A model generated the notes under the pieces. The model made no database searches. It saw only the letters and a list, made by a program, of their open reading frames with translations, and had not been told where the DNA came from. This document shows positions 13,368 through 26,077 of a stretch of DNA of 64,000 bases, piece after piece (position 1 is the first letter of the stretch; every line of letters begins with the position of its first letter). Source of the DNA: Octopus vulgaris (taxonomy: Eukaryota); contig OX597823.1 in assembly GCA_951406725.2 (NCBI GenBank), positions 67,642,001 through 67,706,000 of the forward strand, written 5' to 3'. The translations under genes and the position numbers were made by a program.

Positions 13368-13742
13368 AGGCATCACCTTCAAAATACATCCAAGGCTTGG
13401 ACCACGTGCCATCCGTCCACAACAAAAATCTAAATCGCATCACATAACGACAATACGGCACAACTATTTCACCTCAATTGGACCCGCTCTCTTCAACATT
13501 ACACCAGGACACGTCAAAGAAGAAACTGACCACACAAAATTCAAGAAGTCTTTGGACAAATTCCTTCAAACAGTACCGGACAAACCACCCACACCCGGAT
13601 ATGTCTCCGCAAACAATAACTCTCTGCTCGAATGGGCCTTGGTGCCCAAATCCTGAACTGAAAGACTTCGCCAGGTGGTGCTATTAAGTTAGACATGGCC
13701 TGGGCCAATACTGGCCAAAACCTTTCTAAGTTATTCTAAGTT
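13368..13742 (+). mobile_element. 5'-truncated CR1-group LINE 3' end inserted in a microsatellite
   Basis: Open frame HPRLG...[13 protein letters not shown]...[19 protein letters not shown], stop at 13656, short 3'UTR with a repeated TTCTAAG tail. (TA)n on both sides. Confidence 0.7.
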
Positions 13743-14225
13743 ATATATATATATATATACATACATATATATATATATATACATACATATATATATATAC
13801 ACACACATATATACATATATATATACATATATATATATACACACACACACACATATATATATAGATGTATTTTAATAGACACCTATAAGGAGGTGCTTTT
13901 TCCATTCACCAAAGTGAATGGTGCCTTGGCCAGGAGGAACTGATATTACCAGACAGTACCCAACATTCATCTGGTGTTTCAACCCTGAACCATAACCTCA
14001 CACACACACACCACCCCACCCCCGTTGGTGGGTCAGCAGAGGTGGCCAAGTCACTGCTCCTCATCACCTCCTGGCTTCCATCTCAACTCCTCTCTCTTGC
14101 TCTAAAGCCAATCTACCATTGGTTTCATGTTGAGAGAGATATCTTTAAACTGTTATCAAACCTGTCACATGGGATGTTGGTGCTTTTCTCCACATGAAAA
14201 CATATGAAACTCTACAATCAAGGTG

Positions 14226-14273
<48 letters not shown>

Positions 14274-14651
14274 AATACAATGCAGATATGGTTATGTGAG
14301 ACACCATACAGAATACGAAATTCAAATTTAATGCAAAGAAGATAATAATTCGATAGCTGTTCTCCCTGGCGGGTATATTTGATCACTCCAAAATTTTATG
14401 TGACTTCACATGATTTTATTGTGTTGATTAAGAGATATCTCTCTTAACACGAAACCAATGATAGCCTGGTTAACATACAAACAAAGTACACACACTATAT
14501 ATATATATATATATATATGTGTATGTATATATATATATATACAGAGTGAGAAAATGGAGAAATATACCTAAATCAATCATCAACCATCAGATAATACCCA
14601 ATCAATACTTTATTAAACCATTACACAACAGCAGTTATATTATACATAATA

Positions 14652-14690
<39 letters not shown>

Positions 14691-15540
14691 TTACACATGT
14701 ATATATACACATATATATATATAAGTGATGGCATGTGGTTAGGGTGATCACTAGATCATGGGTTTGATTCTCAGACTGAGTAGCACATTATGTTCTTGAG
14801 AAAAACACTTCATTCCACATTGCTCCAGTCAAATCATATGTAAATAGGTAACCCTATGATGGACTAGCTTTTCAATCAAGGGTCATTTTGGCCTGCTTGC
14901 CTAGCCAGCAGGGTGGGATCATTCAAAAGCTAAAACAATGCAAAGTGTATTGTGACTGACAATGTATAACAGCATTCAATAGTCTGTTTGATCACTTGAT
15001 ATATATATATTTTAATTTGTATCAGTCATTAGACTACAGTCATGCTGGGGCACTGCCTTGAAGAATTATAGCAGAAGGAATCAACCCCAGTACTTATTAT
15101 ATTTTTGTAAAGCTTGGTACTTAATCTATTGGTCTTTTGCATAACCTGAGTTATGGGAACATAAACACATCAATATCGGTTGTCAATCAGTTGCAAGGAA
15201 GGGACAAATACATACACAAGACACACACATATCATCATCATCATCATCATCATTTAACATCTGTTGTGCATGCTTGCATGGGTTGGCTGGTTTGACCAGA
15301 GCTGGCAAGCTGGGGAGCTGCACCAGACTGCAGACTCATTTAGTATGGTTTCTACTGCTGGATGCCCTTCTGAACACAGACCAGTCTACAGAGTGTGCTG
15401 AGCACTTTTACATGGTACTGCACACGTGCTTTTATGTGGCACAGCACAGGTGCTTTTATATGGCACCACCAGAAGTATTTTCACCACCAGAAAGATCAGT
15501 CTTAGCACTTCTGCTGTAGAGTATGGATCCTCTTGAGTAC

Positions 15541-15575
<35 letters not shown>

Positions 15576-16396
15576 TCAATGGGCTTCTTTCAGTCTCTGT
15601 GTCTACCAAATCCACTCACAAACCTTTGGTTGGCCCAATTTTCTAGCAGAAGACACTAGTCCAAAGTGCCATGCAGGGAAACTGAACTTGGAACCATATA
15701 GTTGGGAAGCAAACTTCTTACCACACAGCCACGCACACACACACACACACACATATGCACACATAAAAACATACCTGCATACATAGACAGATTAATGTAT
15801 CCATGTCATTAAAATTGATGGCAGTTATTATTGGGAATGGGTTTTAAAAGGAAAATAAATACTTTTTGCTATAATGTTCACTGCAAATATATATATATGT
15901 ATATGCACACACAGGCACTATATAATATGGTTTATACCTATTCCTTGATATGTAAAGTGAATATGTCTTAGTGAGTATTAAAGGTGAATAGGTTTGTCAT
16001 GTTCCTATTAGAGTCTGTTTTTGAGATTTTTGTTTACAAAAGCAGTGGAGTCTGGCATAAGACATAAAGGTTGTGTTCAAAAATGTACTGACAATTATGG
16101 AAGAGGAAAGAAAAGAATAATTTTTATAGTAATGTCTGTTGTTAGAAGAGAGAACAAGGGTTTCATTAATATCCAGAAGGAAGAATATGAGACACACAAC
16201 GAAACTATAGGAATAAAGCACCGTCAGCGCATGGTAACATGCAATCCAAAGTCAGACAACATGCAATCCAAAAAGAGAGATAGACAGAGCATATAGATAG
16301 ACAGTTTACATATAGGTTTAATTGAAGGGTTGTGAGTTCATGTCTCATGGCTGGTTGCTGACAGATTTTTCTGCTCTGTAAGGATTTTATTGTATA

Positions 16397-17311
16397 CTAG
16401 CAGTATCGCCCAGCATTGCTCGGATTTGTAAGGGAAATAACTATATAAGCATTTTTAGTGAGTTATAGCAAAAGAATAGCAAAAAATGCATTCAAAATGG
16501 AATAAAAAATGATGGTAATTTTTTTTAAAATTGTTGACTCATCGTAGACATTTTTAGAGAGTTACTTCCCTTATATAATAGCGAAAAATGCATTAAAATG
16601 GAATAAAAAATGATGGTAAATTTTTTTTTAATCGTAGACTCATCGTAGACGCGCGCTAATACCCAGAAGGGCTCGATATGAATCACGACTATATGATACC
16701 CGGTTTTGGTTACACTGCACCGCAAAATGTGGGAGTAGTTAGGAATCTAAATCATAGGAGACAGACACACAACCTTACTTTTATATATAAAGATTTGTGC
16801 AACAACTAAAACATTCGGTTGTGCAAATTGTTTGCACAGGAAACCTGCCCTGTGTGGCGGTAATTGCCGTTTTTGTGGATCTGTTTCAGCTTTTTTAGCG
16901 ATTTCTGTTTTGGCGACTTCAAGCCATAAAGTCGTTGTTCTAAAAGAACGCTGGTCTCCTTGACAACGCATTACGACGTTGATTTCCTTACACTCCCTTC
17001 CCCACAGCTTCACGAGGGAGGGAAGAAGGGGGAGAAGCAACACAGGTGCAGGTGTTTGAGCGAGGACGCCAACTCCGCCGCCATCGACACACGAAAAATT
17101 ATGCATTAAAATGGAATAAAAAATGATGTTAAATTATTTTTAAAATCGTAGACTCATCGTAGACGCGCGCTAATACTCAGACGGGCTCGATATGAATCAC
17201 GACTATAAGATACCCGAATTTGGTTAAACTGCACCGCAAAATGTGGGAGTAGTTAGGAATCTAGATCGAAGGGGACAGACACTCACACAACTACAGTTTT
17301 ATATATATAGA
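16397..17311 (-). mobile_element. Composite non-autonomous Helitron (two 5' modules, one 3' end)
   Basis: On the minus strand, a|TC(TA-rich) starts at 17311 and at 16793. Subterminal GC hairpin and CTAG|t end at 16397. Confidence 0.8.
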
Positions 17312-17949
17312 TATGCTGATTTATCAGTACTTACGTGTTGAAAAATTATATCTTTCTACTTGTACTACAATACATTTCAGCACTTCAAAAACAAACTTTG
17401 TTTAAATATGACATAGTATTAACTTTAATAGTAAACATATAAAATATGTCAACATGAAGGGTATCAGGATATAGAGATTCTACCCCCACTGAATTTCAAT
17501 TGACACATGCAAGCACAGAAAAGTCAATATTATGATGATGATGATGATATAAAAGGCATGGTTATGTGGCCAAGAAGTTCCCTTTTGAACCGTATAGTTT
17601 CAAGCTTAGTCCCACTGTATTGCACTTTGAGTGAATGTCTTTGCATGTTTGTGTGCATGCTTGTTGTGCATGCACAACTGTGTACGTTTTTGTATTGATA
17701 CCATTCAGCTAGTGGTTAAGATATTTATGTCTCACATAGTGGAAAAGTTTGGCAACAGCTCTCAGTGGTTCAAGTGAAATTAAATAAAGTATCATACTTG
17801 AATACAAATCAGAATTGGCATCAGGGAAGGAAAATCATAAAATCCTGCCTCAGCAAGTTTCATTTAACCCATGCCAACACGGAAAATAAAATGGGATGTA
17901 AAAATGTTGTTGGTGGTGGTGGTGGTAATGATGATATATATATATATAT

Positions 17950-18464
17950 CATCATCATCATCATCATTTAGCGTCCGCTTTCCATGCTAGCATGGGTTGG
18001 ACGGTTCAACTGGGGTCTGGGAAGCAAGAAGGCTGCACCAGGCCCAGTCTGATCTGGCCATGTTTCTACGGCTGGATGCCCTTCCTAACGCCAACCACTC
18101 CGTGAGTGTAGTGGGTGCTTTTTATTGCCACCAGCACAGGTGCCAGGCGAGGCTGGCAAATGGCCACAATCGGATGGTGCTTTTTACGTGCCACCGGCAC
18201 AGGGGCCAGGCGAGACTGGCAACAGCCACGATCGGATGATGGTTTTTACATGCCACCGGTACGGAAGCCCGTTGGGGTGGCGCTAGCAATGGCCACGTTT
18301 GGCTGGTTCACTTATGTGCCACCGGCACTGGTATCACAGCTACAATTTCCATTGATGTTGATCGGTTTTGATTCTCACTTGTCTCAACAGGTCTTCACAA
18401 GTAGAGTTTTGAGTCCCAAGAAGGAAAGGTATGCATAAGTGGACTGGCTACATCCCAGGTGGAG

Positions 18465-18467
<3 letters not shown>
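17950..18467 (-). mobile_element. RTE 3'UTR-derived short element
   Basis: (CAT)n-TTTAGCGTCCGCTTTCCATGCTAGCATGGGTTGGACGG...GGATGCCCTTCCTAACGCCAACCAC, shared with the RTE 3' end. Other copies at ~15232-15540, 21420-21600, 32378-32690 and 36820-37130. Confidence 0.75.
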
Positions 18468-18529
<62 letters not shown>

Positions 18530-18640
18530 CACACATATATGCAGGTGTATAATTAAAACATGAGGTATATAGGTCACATAAACTGATCTATCAATTGATT
18601 TAATCATGTCAGAGACAAATATTTAAATATAAGGACTTAC

Positions 18641-18867
18641 TTCTGTGATGCAGCTGATCCTGGCCCCAAATCTGTGGCGTCAAATATATCCCATATTGCA
18701 TCTCGGTTATCCCAGTTTATGTCACAGAAATTATTTTCTATGAAGCAGCGATGCATTGCATCGAAGCCTGCATCAGAGATTGACTTACAAGATTGAGATG
18801 AGGACTGGTACAGTGGGTTCAGTGCTTCACTCTGGCACCTTAGGGTGGAATTTGCCCAAACTCTTCC
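18641..18867 (-). CDS. Stanniocalcin-like protein, coding exon B (GRVWANSTLRCQSEALNPLYQSSSQSCKSISDAGFDAMHRCFIENNFCDINWDNRDAIWDIFDATDLGPGSAASQ)
   Basis: TTTTTCACAG acceptor, GTAAGT donor, 227 nt open frame. Phase 0 start matches exon A and phase 2 end matches exon C. Contains 4 Cys and an NST sequon. Absent from the supplied ORF track. Confidence 0.9.
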
Positions 18868-19575
18868 CTGTGAAAAATTACAAATGGAAAAAGATATTTT
18901 ACAGTGGTTGTTAATCCATCATTTTTTATAATGCTCATTCAGTTGTCTAATCAAGCAAACGACCAACTCATTAAATTACTAAATGGCTGAGTATTTCACA
19001 AGCATGAATATTCTTAATAATTGAACTCACTACCTTATGTTGTGAGCCCAACACTAACCACAGAGCCATGCACCTTCATATAATTCTCAGACTAAATCAG
19101 CTTGGTACAATATGCGATGTTTGAATTCAGAATACAGAGAATCAGACCAAATACTGCAAAACATTCTATCTGATATTCTGTTGTGTCTGGAGAGAGTCAT
19201 TTTCTTTTTGTGCCTTATAATTTAACACACTCACTGGTAAAATTTCGACTTATTTCTTATTTTTTATTTTCCTAAAATTTTCATTGCGTCTTGCAACCTT
19301 TTCAATAGTCTTGACTATTCTATCTGATACTTTAATGACTAGTAATTCGTCACTTTCTCTTTTACCTGTTTGCAGCTTGATAGGTATCTCAGAGTTATAC
19401 AATTCAATGCTAGACAGCAGCTGCTCAGCCAGTTTCACACCTAACACCTTGACTTGGACTATCAACTTTCAATTCCCAAGGGAGAATATCTATGTACAAT
19501 AAATTCAAATTACGATGAACGTAAACAAACAAACGAAGTTTGCTTTAGAAGCGTTGAGATGTCTTAGAAAGTTAA

Positions 19576-19880
19576 AGAAGTGATTTTAAATTCTCAAACG
19601 CCGGATAATGATAATAATATAGCTTGAACAGGATAAGCTACTCCTATTTTACAGAAAACAGTGTTGGCGGCCGGCTATGAGACTCAAACTCACACCTCCG
19701 TGATTATGCGTCACTGTGCTCTTGGTTCAGAGCACCGCGATGTGTAATCATGGAGGTGTGAGTTCAAGTCTCATAGCCAGCTGCCAACACTGTTTTCTGC
19801 AAAATAGGAGTAGCTTATCCTGTTCAAGCTATATTATATTATTAGCATTATCCTGCATTTGAGAATTTAAAATCACTTCT
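19576..19880. repeat. ~305-bp near-perfect palindrome with tRNA-like centre
   Basis: Arms meet at GTGCTCT-tggttc-AGAGCAC (19716-19735). Each arm has a B-box-like GAGTTCAAGTCTC/GAGTTTGAGTCTC and ...GCCA. Confidence 0.85.
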
Positions 19881-19889
19881 ATGTACAAT

Positions 19890-20226
19890 AATTTTGTTGT
19901 ATCTAGGGAGAGTTATTCTGCCAATATAATTAACACACACTGGTTCAATTCGACTCCTTTATTATTAATCAATTGGTTGATTATCCAACTAATTTGTTTT
20001 GTTTTTGTTTGTCAAAGCTCTTTCATTGCTACACGCCTCCATAATTGACTAAGTCAATAATCATTGTAAAGGTTGCAAGTAACAACAAAAGACCTTTGAC
20101 AAGAGAAACAAAACAAATTAATTAGTTGGATATTTAGCCGAATAACTAATAATAAAGGAGTGGAACTGAACCAGTGTGTGTGTTAATTATACTGGCACAA
20201 TGTCTCTCCCTAGACACAACAAAATT
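19890..20226. mobile_element. Hairpin MITE; a related terminus lies at ~19177
   Basis: TTTTGTTGTATCTAGGGAGAG...CTCTCCCTAGACACAACAAAA with imperfect complementarity along the whole length. Confidence 0.7.
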
Positions 20227-20429
20227 TCGTTCATCTTATGAATTCACATAAAGAATCTTGCAAACCAGACACAAAAACAATGTACAATAAACCAAGTTTC
20301 TATTTGAAGAGAGATCTATTTTCTATACTCTAGAAACCAGTGATAAATACCAGCTCCATAGGGATTATTCTTCTTCAAATCAGGACTGAAGATTTTGCTG
20401 TTATATCCTAAGCATGTCCTCAGCAGTCA

Positions 20430-21050
20430 CAACCATGTAGCATGGCTGTTCACACACATGTATCATACACTCTACCTTTCACTCTGAATGAGAGGCCTTT
20501 GTTACCAACAGAGGTAGGAGCTTTCTGAACTTTGCCCAGGCTATTCTTATTCTCTAATTATTCCAATCTAATGTGTCACCTTTACCTTTGTAGCAGTTGA
20601 CTATGGTGTTGCTACACCAGTCATTGGGTATGACTCCATGTATCATCTGGTTGACTATACTGGTGACTAGACTATAGCCTACACCATCAGATATTTTAAG
20701 CATCTCAGCAGTGATTCCTAATGGGCTGGGGTCTATCCCTGTCTTCATACCCTTAATTGCTTTATCTACCAAGGTACTGCCAATTTGAATAGCTGGTCCC
20801 TCTGTTGGGTCGACATATGGCAGACTCTCTTTCTCCCAGTCATTCTCTTCATTTAGCAACCTCCAGATGTCCTCCACATTATGTGATGCTATATCCTCCT
20901 CTTTTTTGTCAAAACCTTCAAGTAATATGTCTCTAAATCTTTGTCCATTCAGAAGATCCTTAAGCTTCTAGACCATTCTTTTTTATGCTGGTCATCTTCT
21001 GGACAGCCATTTATCCCTGATCCTGAAGTCGCTAAACACTAACCTGTCTA
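20430..21050 (-). mobile_element. RTE-clade LINE internal fragments
   Basis: PTEGPA...AIKGMKTG..P...GITAEMLK...VIPNDWCSNTIVNCYKGKGD, rearranged and disrupted. Paralogous to 22700-23710. Confidence 0.8.
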
Positions 21051-21736
21051 TTATAATTCTGTTCACATCTGAAATGTGTTACAGAAATATAATTAACCCC
21101 AATACTTGATAGAACAGTATGTCACTGGTTTATAACCCACCCTAGAGGGTGAAACCAAAGTATATTTTGGTGGAATTTAAGCTCAGAACATAAAGGACTA
21201 TGTCTGACACTCTCCCAATTCTGCCAAAACATTGTCTTTGTAACATGGATTAAGACTAATCAGTTTTGTAGACCCAAGTCCCCAGAGATTAGTTTTCACA
21301 ACCAAACTCACATGGGAGTTGTGAAGTCACAACATTTATGTCATTCATGAGAATGACATAAGTTCCAGTGAGGAGCTAAAATCAAATTTAGATCATGAAT
21401 ACAATCATCATTGTTGGCATCATTTAATGCCCATGTTCCATGCTGGCATGGATTGGATGGCTTAACAGGATTCAGTAGGACCAAAGACTACATCATTCTC
21501 CAGTATTTGTTTAGCAGGGTCTCTGCAGCTGGATGCCCTTCATAATGTCAATCTCTTCACACGTGTTCATTGCTTTTCCTTGCTGCCAACATTGGTGAGG
21601 TTGCTATACAGACTGCAAGACTATGAACCCTGAACAGGTCAAGGAACTCTATGCTAGAAGAAATAAGGAGCAGAGAGGGGTAGGGTGTTCAAGAAAGGGC
21701 CAGAGCAGAACAAGTTTCTTTCTGTAGAGGATTGAC

Positions 21737-23710
21737 ATCATCATTATCATCATCATCATCGTTTAATGTCTGTTTTCCATGCTGGCATGGGTTGGACGGT
21801 TTGACTGAGGTCCGGAGAGCTAGTGGCTGCACCAGGCTCCAATCTGGTCTGGCAACGTTTCTACAGCTGGATGCCCTTCCTAACGCCAACCACCCTGAGA
21901 GTGTAGTGGGTGCTTTTTACATGCCACCAGCACAGGAGCCACTCAGGCGGGCCTGGCATCATTTATGTTCAGATAGTGCTTTCTATGTGCCACTGGCACA
22001 GGAACTAGTCGGCAGGCACTGGCATTGATCACATTCAAGTAGTGCTTTTTATATACTACTGGCACAGGAGCCAGTCAGGCAGACACGTTCGGATGGTGCA
22101 TTTTATGTGTCACTGGAATGGAAGCTAGTCAGGAGCCACTGGCCGCAGCTACAATTTTGGTTTTACTTGACTCAACAGGTCTTCTGAAGAATATCATATC
22201 ACCCAATAGATCAAGGGTACTCTTAAATTGGCTGGACATGCAGCATTGGCATTGGCCATGGCTGCAATCTCACTTTAGCTGCCAGGTGTTCTCAATCACA
22301 GCATATCTCCAAAGGTCTCGGTCTCCTGTCATTGCCTCTGTGAAGCCCAACGTTCGAAGGTCGTACTTCACCACCTCATCCCATGTCTTCCTAGGTGTAC
22401 CTCTTCCACAGGGTCCTTCCACAGTTAGGGTGTGGTACTTCCTCACACAGCTGTCCTCATCCATACATAACATATGACCATACCAGCACAGTTGTCTCTC
22501 TTGCATACCACATTTGATGCTTCTTATATCCAACTTTTCTCTCAGGGCACTTACACTTTGTCATGTAGGCACAGTGACATTCCACATCCAGTGGATCATA
22601 CTAGCTTCATTTAATTCAAGCCTACACATGTCCTCAGCAGTCATGGCCCATGTTTCACTGTCATGTAACATGGCAGTTTGCACACATGCATTAGTCTACC
22701 TTTCATCTTGAGCAAGAGACCCTTGGCTGCCAGCAGAGGTAGGAGCTCCCTGAACTTTGTCCAGGCTATTGTCATTCTAGTCGCTATACTCTCAGAGCGT
22801 GTCTATAGTTTACACCAGGTACATTGTATGGTATTTCTACCCATGCTTTTTCTACTTATTGAGAAGGGCCATCTACCTGAGGGGGGTTGTGATTTGTCAG
22901 CCTTCCTTCTTACTAAGACCTTGCTTCCATACCCTAAACTTTGTCTCTAGTTCTGGCAGTGACTCAGCTATTAGGTCATCAGCATAGAGGTGCTCCCAAA
23001 GGGAGCCTGTCTTGAATTCCTCTGTTATTGCCTGGAGGACTATGATGACTAAGAGGCTGCTGAGGACTGATCCTTGCTGAACCCCTACTTCTACCCAGGA
23101 TTCTTCATTATACTCATTGTTAACCCTGACCTTACTGAAAGCATCCCTGTACAGCTCTTACCAACCACTTACCTATCCCCTGTTTCCTCACTGTCCACCA
23201 GATAATGGACCAGGGGACCTAGTCAAAGGCTTTCTCCAAGTCAACAAAAGCCAAGTACAGTAGTGTATCTTTGGATAGGTATTTCTCCTGCAGTTGCCTT
23301 ACTTGAAATATTGCATCAGTGGTGCTTCTGCATGGCACAAATCCAAACTGCATCTCATTTAGGCTAACTCTTTCCCTAATTAGTTAGGCTGTGACCCTCT
23401 TTGTAACTTTCACCACCTGATCCAATAATTTGATACCCCTGTAATTATTTCTATCTAAGGCATCACCTTTCCTCTTGTAGCAGTTGACTATGGTGCTGCT
23501 ACACCAGTCATTGGGTATGACTCCTTCATGAACCACCTGATTTATGATGCGGGTGACGAGACCATAACCCAAACCACCTGATATTTTAAGCATCTCAGAG
23601 GTGATTCTTGATGGGCCAGGTGATTTCCCTGTTTTTATATCCTTAATCGCTTTATCTACCAGAGTACTGTTGGTTCAGGTAGCTGGTCCCTCAATTGGGT
23701 CAACATATCT
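21737..23710 (-). mobile_element. RTE-clade LINE, 5'-truncated and decayed
   Basis: CYKRKGDALDRNNYRGIKLLDQV, a LYADD-region, WYGHM..GRG.PRKTWDEVVK, a repeated 3'UTR and an (ATG)n tail. Confidence 0.88.
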
Positions 23711-24472
23711 ATTCAAATTCTAACAGAGAGGAAGGTAGGGGTGGAGTTGGAAAGTGATACAAGTTGTGATGAGGTGTCAGAATGGACCCTCATAAGAAAT
23801 TAAAAAAAGTAAAGTTACCTTCTTGAGTCATACCAACTCATAAGGGTCATTTTTCTGGTTTCATGGCATATATATTTCCCCACCTTCATGGGACACTGGT
23901 CTGTCACAGGATTACTCATTTTGGCCAACTGAGTGGACTAGAGCAACAGGAAATGAAGTGCTTTGCTCAAGAACACAAGGCACTGCCTGGACCAGGAATC
24001 GAAACCACAATCTCATGATCATGAGTCCAGTACCGTAACCACTAAGCTGCATGCCTCTACAATGGACCCTCACAGCACATAGGGGTGCCAAGAGTAAGTG
24101 GGTGGAATAGGGGATGTCTGATGGTGTGGGACAGCAGATTAAAAACAATGATACAGTAGACAGCAAGACGCACTACTTATTGGTATTCATACTTTATAGA
24201 GAATTATTTCTCAACAAACGAATCTTCACTGGAACTTCTATAGCAAGGATGAAGAAACTGTTTTTCGTTTAGATATTCCATTTTATTAAATTAGCAAGAC
24301 TGATTCAATATATTTCATCTCCTCCATATCAGCAAACTGTTATATTTGCTAAGTTTTAATAAAGTTTGATAATATATTAGGATTTATAATAAATTTTTAA
24401 TAAATCTGCAAATGTGTATATTTACAGTCAACATGTATGACAGTAAAAGGGTAGTGAGGGGCCAGTTAAACC

Positions 24473-24797
24473 ATATATATATATACACACATATATATAC
24501 ACACACACACATATATATATATATATAAACACATATATATATACACACACACATATATATATATACACATATATATAAACACACACATATATATACATAC
24601 ACATATAAATGCACACATACATATACACGCACATACACCCATATATAGACACATACATATATATATACATACATACATACATATACATATATACACACAT
24701 ACACACACACCCATCCATCCATCCATCCATCCATCCATCCATACATCCATACATCCATACATACATCCATACATACATACATACATTCATATATATA
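24473..24797. repeat. Compound (TA)/(CA)/(CCAT)/(CATA) microsatellite
   Basis: Seen directly. Confidence 0.97.
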
Positions 24798-25057
24798 ATC
24801 TTTGCTCATCATGTTACATAAATTGGAGGTTCTGGCATTATCATTTGAAGCTTTAATTGGTTGTCACTTAAAAATAATTATTTGAAAGCTCAAGCATGCC
24901 TTCATTTGTTTCAATTATGAAAAATATTGAAACTGTTGAAAATACTAAAGTAGATCAAATGTCTGAGATGAATTATTGTTAATATGGTTATAAATTTGTG
25001 AGACCATTAACCTCATTTTTAGAGATGAACCATTTTCTGTTACCTTTTTATCTTTTA

Positions 25058-25437
25058 CTAGCAGTATCGCCCTGGCGTTGCTCGGGTTTGTAAGGGAAAT
25101 AACTATATAGGCATTTTTAGAGATGTAAAGTATAATAGCCACAAAGGGGGGGGTGTTACTGTAGCTTTTTACGTTCTGAGATTTAATAATAAATTTTTAG
25201 AGAGTTACTTCCCTTATATATGCCAAAAATGCATTAAAAATGGGAAAAATTGATGGTAAATTTTTTTTTAAATCGTAGACTCACCGTAGACATGCACTAA
25301 TACCCAGAAGGGCTCGATATGAATCACGACTATAAGATACCCGGTTTTGGTTAAACTGCACCGCAAAATGTGGGAGTAGATAGGAATCTAAATCGTAGGA
25401 GACAGACAGCACACAACCTCACTTTTATATATAAAGA
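25058..25437 (-). mobile_element. Non-autonomous Helitron
   Basis: a|TCTTTATATATAAAA...CCCGAGCAACGCCAGGG hairpin...CTAG|t, no TSD. Confidence 0.85.
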
Positions 25438-25741
25438 TATTTGTTTTGTTTTGTTTTAGTCATTGGATTGTGGCCTGAGCCACTACCTTGATGTGTGTAG
25501 TTGAAAAAACCAGCCCTAGTACTTATCTTTTAAGTGTGGTACTTATTCTATTAGTTCTTTGACTGAACTGCTAAGTTACAGGGACATAAACAAACCAAAA
25601 CTTGTCAAGTGATATTGGAGACAGACAACACAAAGATACACAATTGCACATATTTGATGGGCTTTTTTCAGTGACCATCAACCAAATCCACACACAAGAC
25701 TTGGTTGGCTCAGGGCTACTTTAAAAGATACTTGCCCAAGG

Positions 25742-26077
25742 ATTGAGGGCGCGTGGCTTAGTGGTTAGGGCATTCGGCTCATGATCGGAAGGTTGTGAGT
25801 TCGATTCCTGGCGACGCGTTGTGTCCTTGAGCAAGATACTTTATTTCACGTTGCTCCAGTCCACTCAGCTGGCAAAAATGAGTTGTACCTGTATTTCAAA
25901 GGGGCCAGCCTTGTCACACTTTGTGTCATGCTGAATCTCTCCGAGAACTACGTTAAGGGTACACGTGTCTGTGGAATGCTCAGCCAATTGCACGTTAATT
26001 TCACGAGCAACTTGTTCCGTTGATTGATTCAGCTGGGATCCTCGTCGTCGTAACCGACGGAGTGCTCTTATATATAT
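25742..26077 (+). mobile_element. Young tRNA-derived SINE, family 2, nested in a family 1 SINE
   Basis: GGCTTAGTGGTTAG A box, GAGTTCGATTC B box, TGTGTCCTTGAGCAAGA core, 14-bp TSD ATACTTGCCCAAGG (25728-25741, 26078-26091). Relatives sharing the head at ~10620-10950, 12055-12270(-), 14728-15000, 23810-24055(-). Confidence 0.85.

Noticed and set aside
12420-13461. Long ORFs (up to 342 aa) of Y/I/H/T or C/V/M, also at 24384-24821 and 29274-30223
   Set aside because: Translations of dinucleotide microsatellites that lack stop codons; not genes.
25742-25815. tRNA-like sequences, also at 3870-3938 and 19723-19790
   Set aside because: These are SINE heads continuing into SINE bodies, with no complete cloverleaf.
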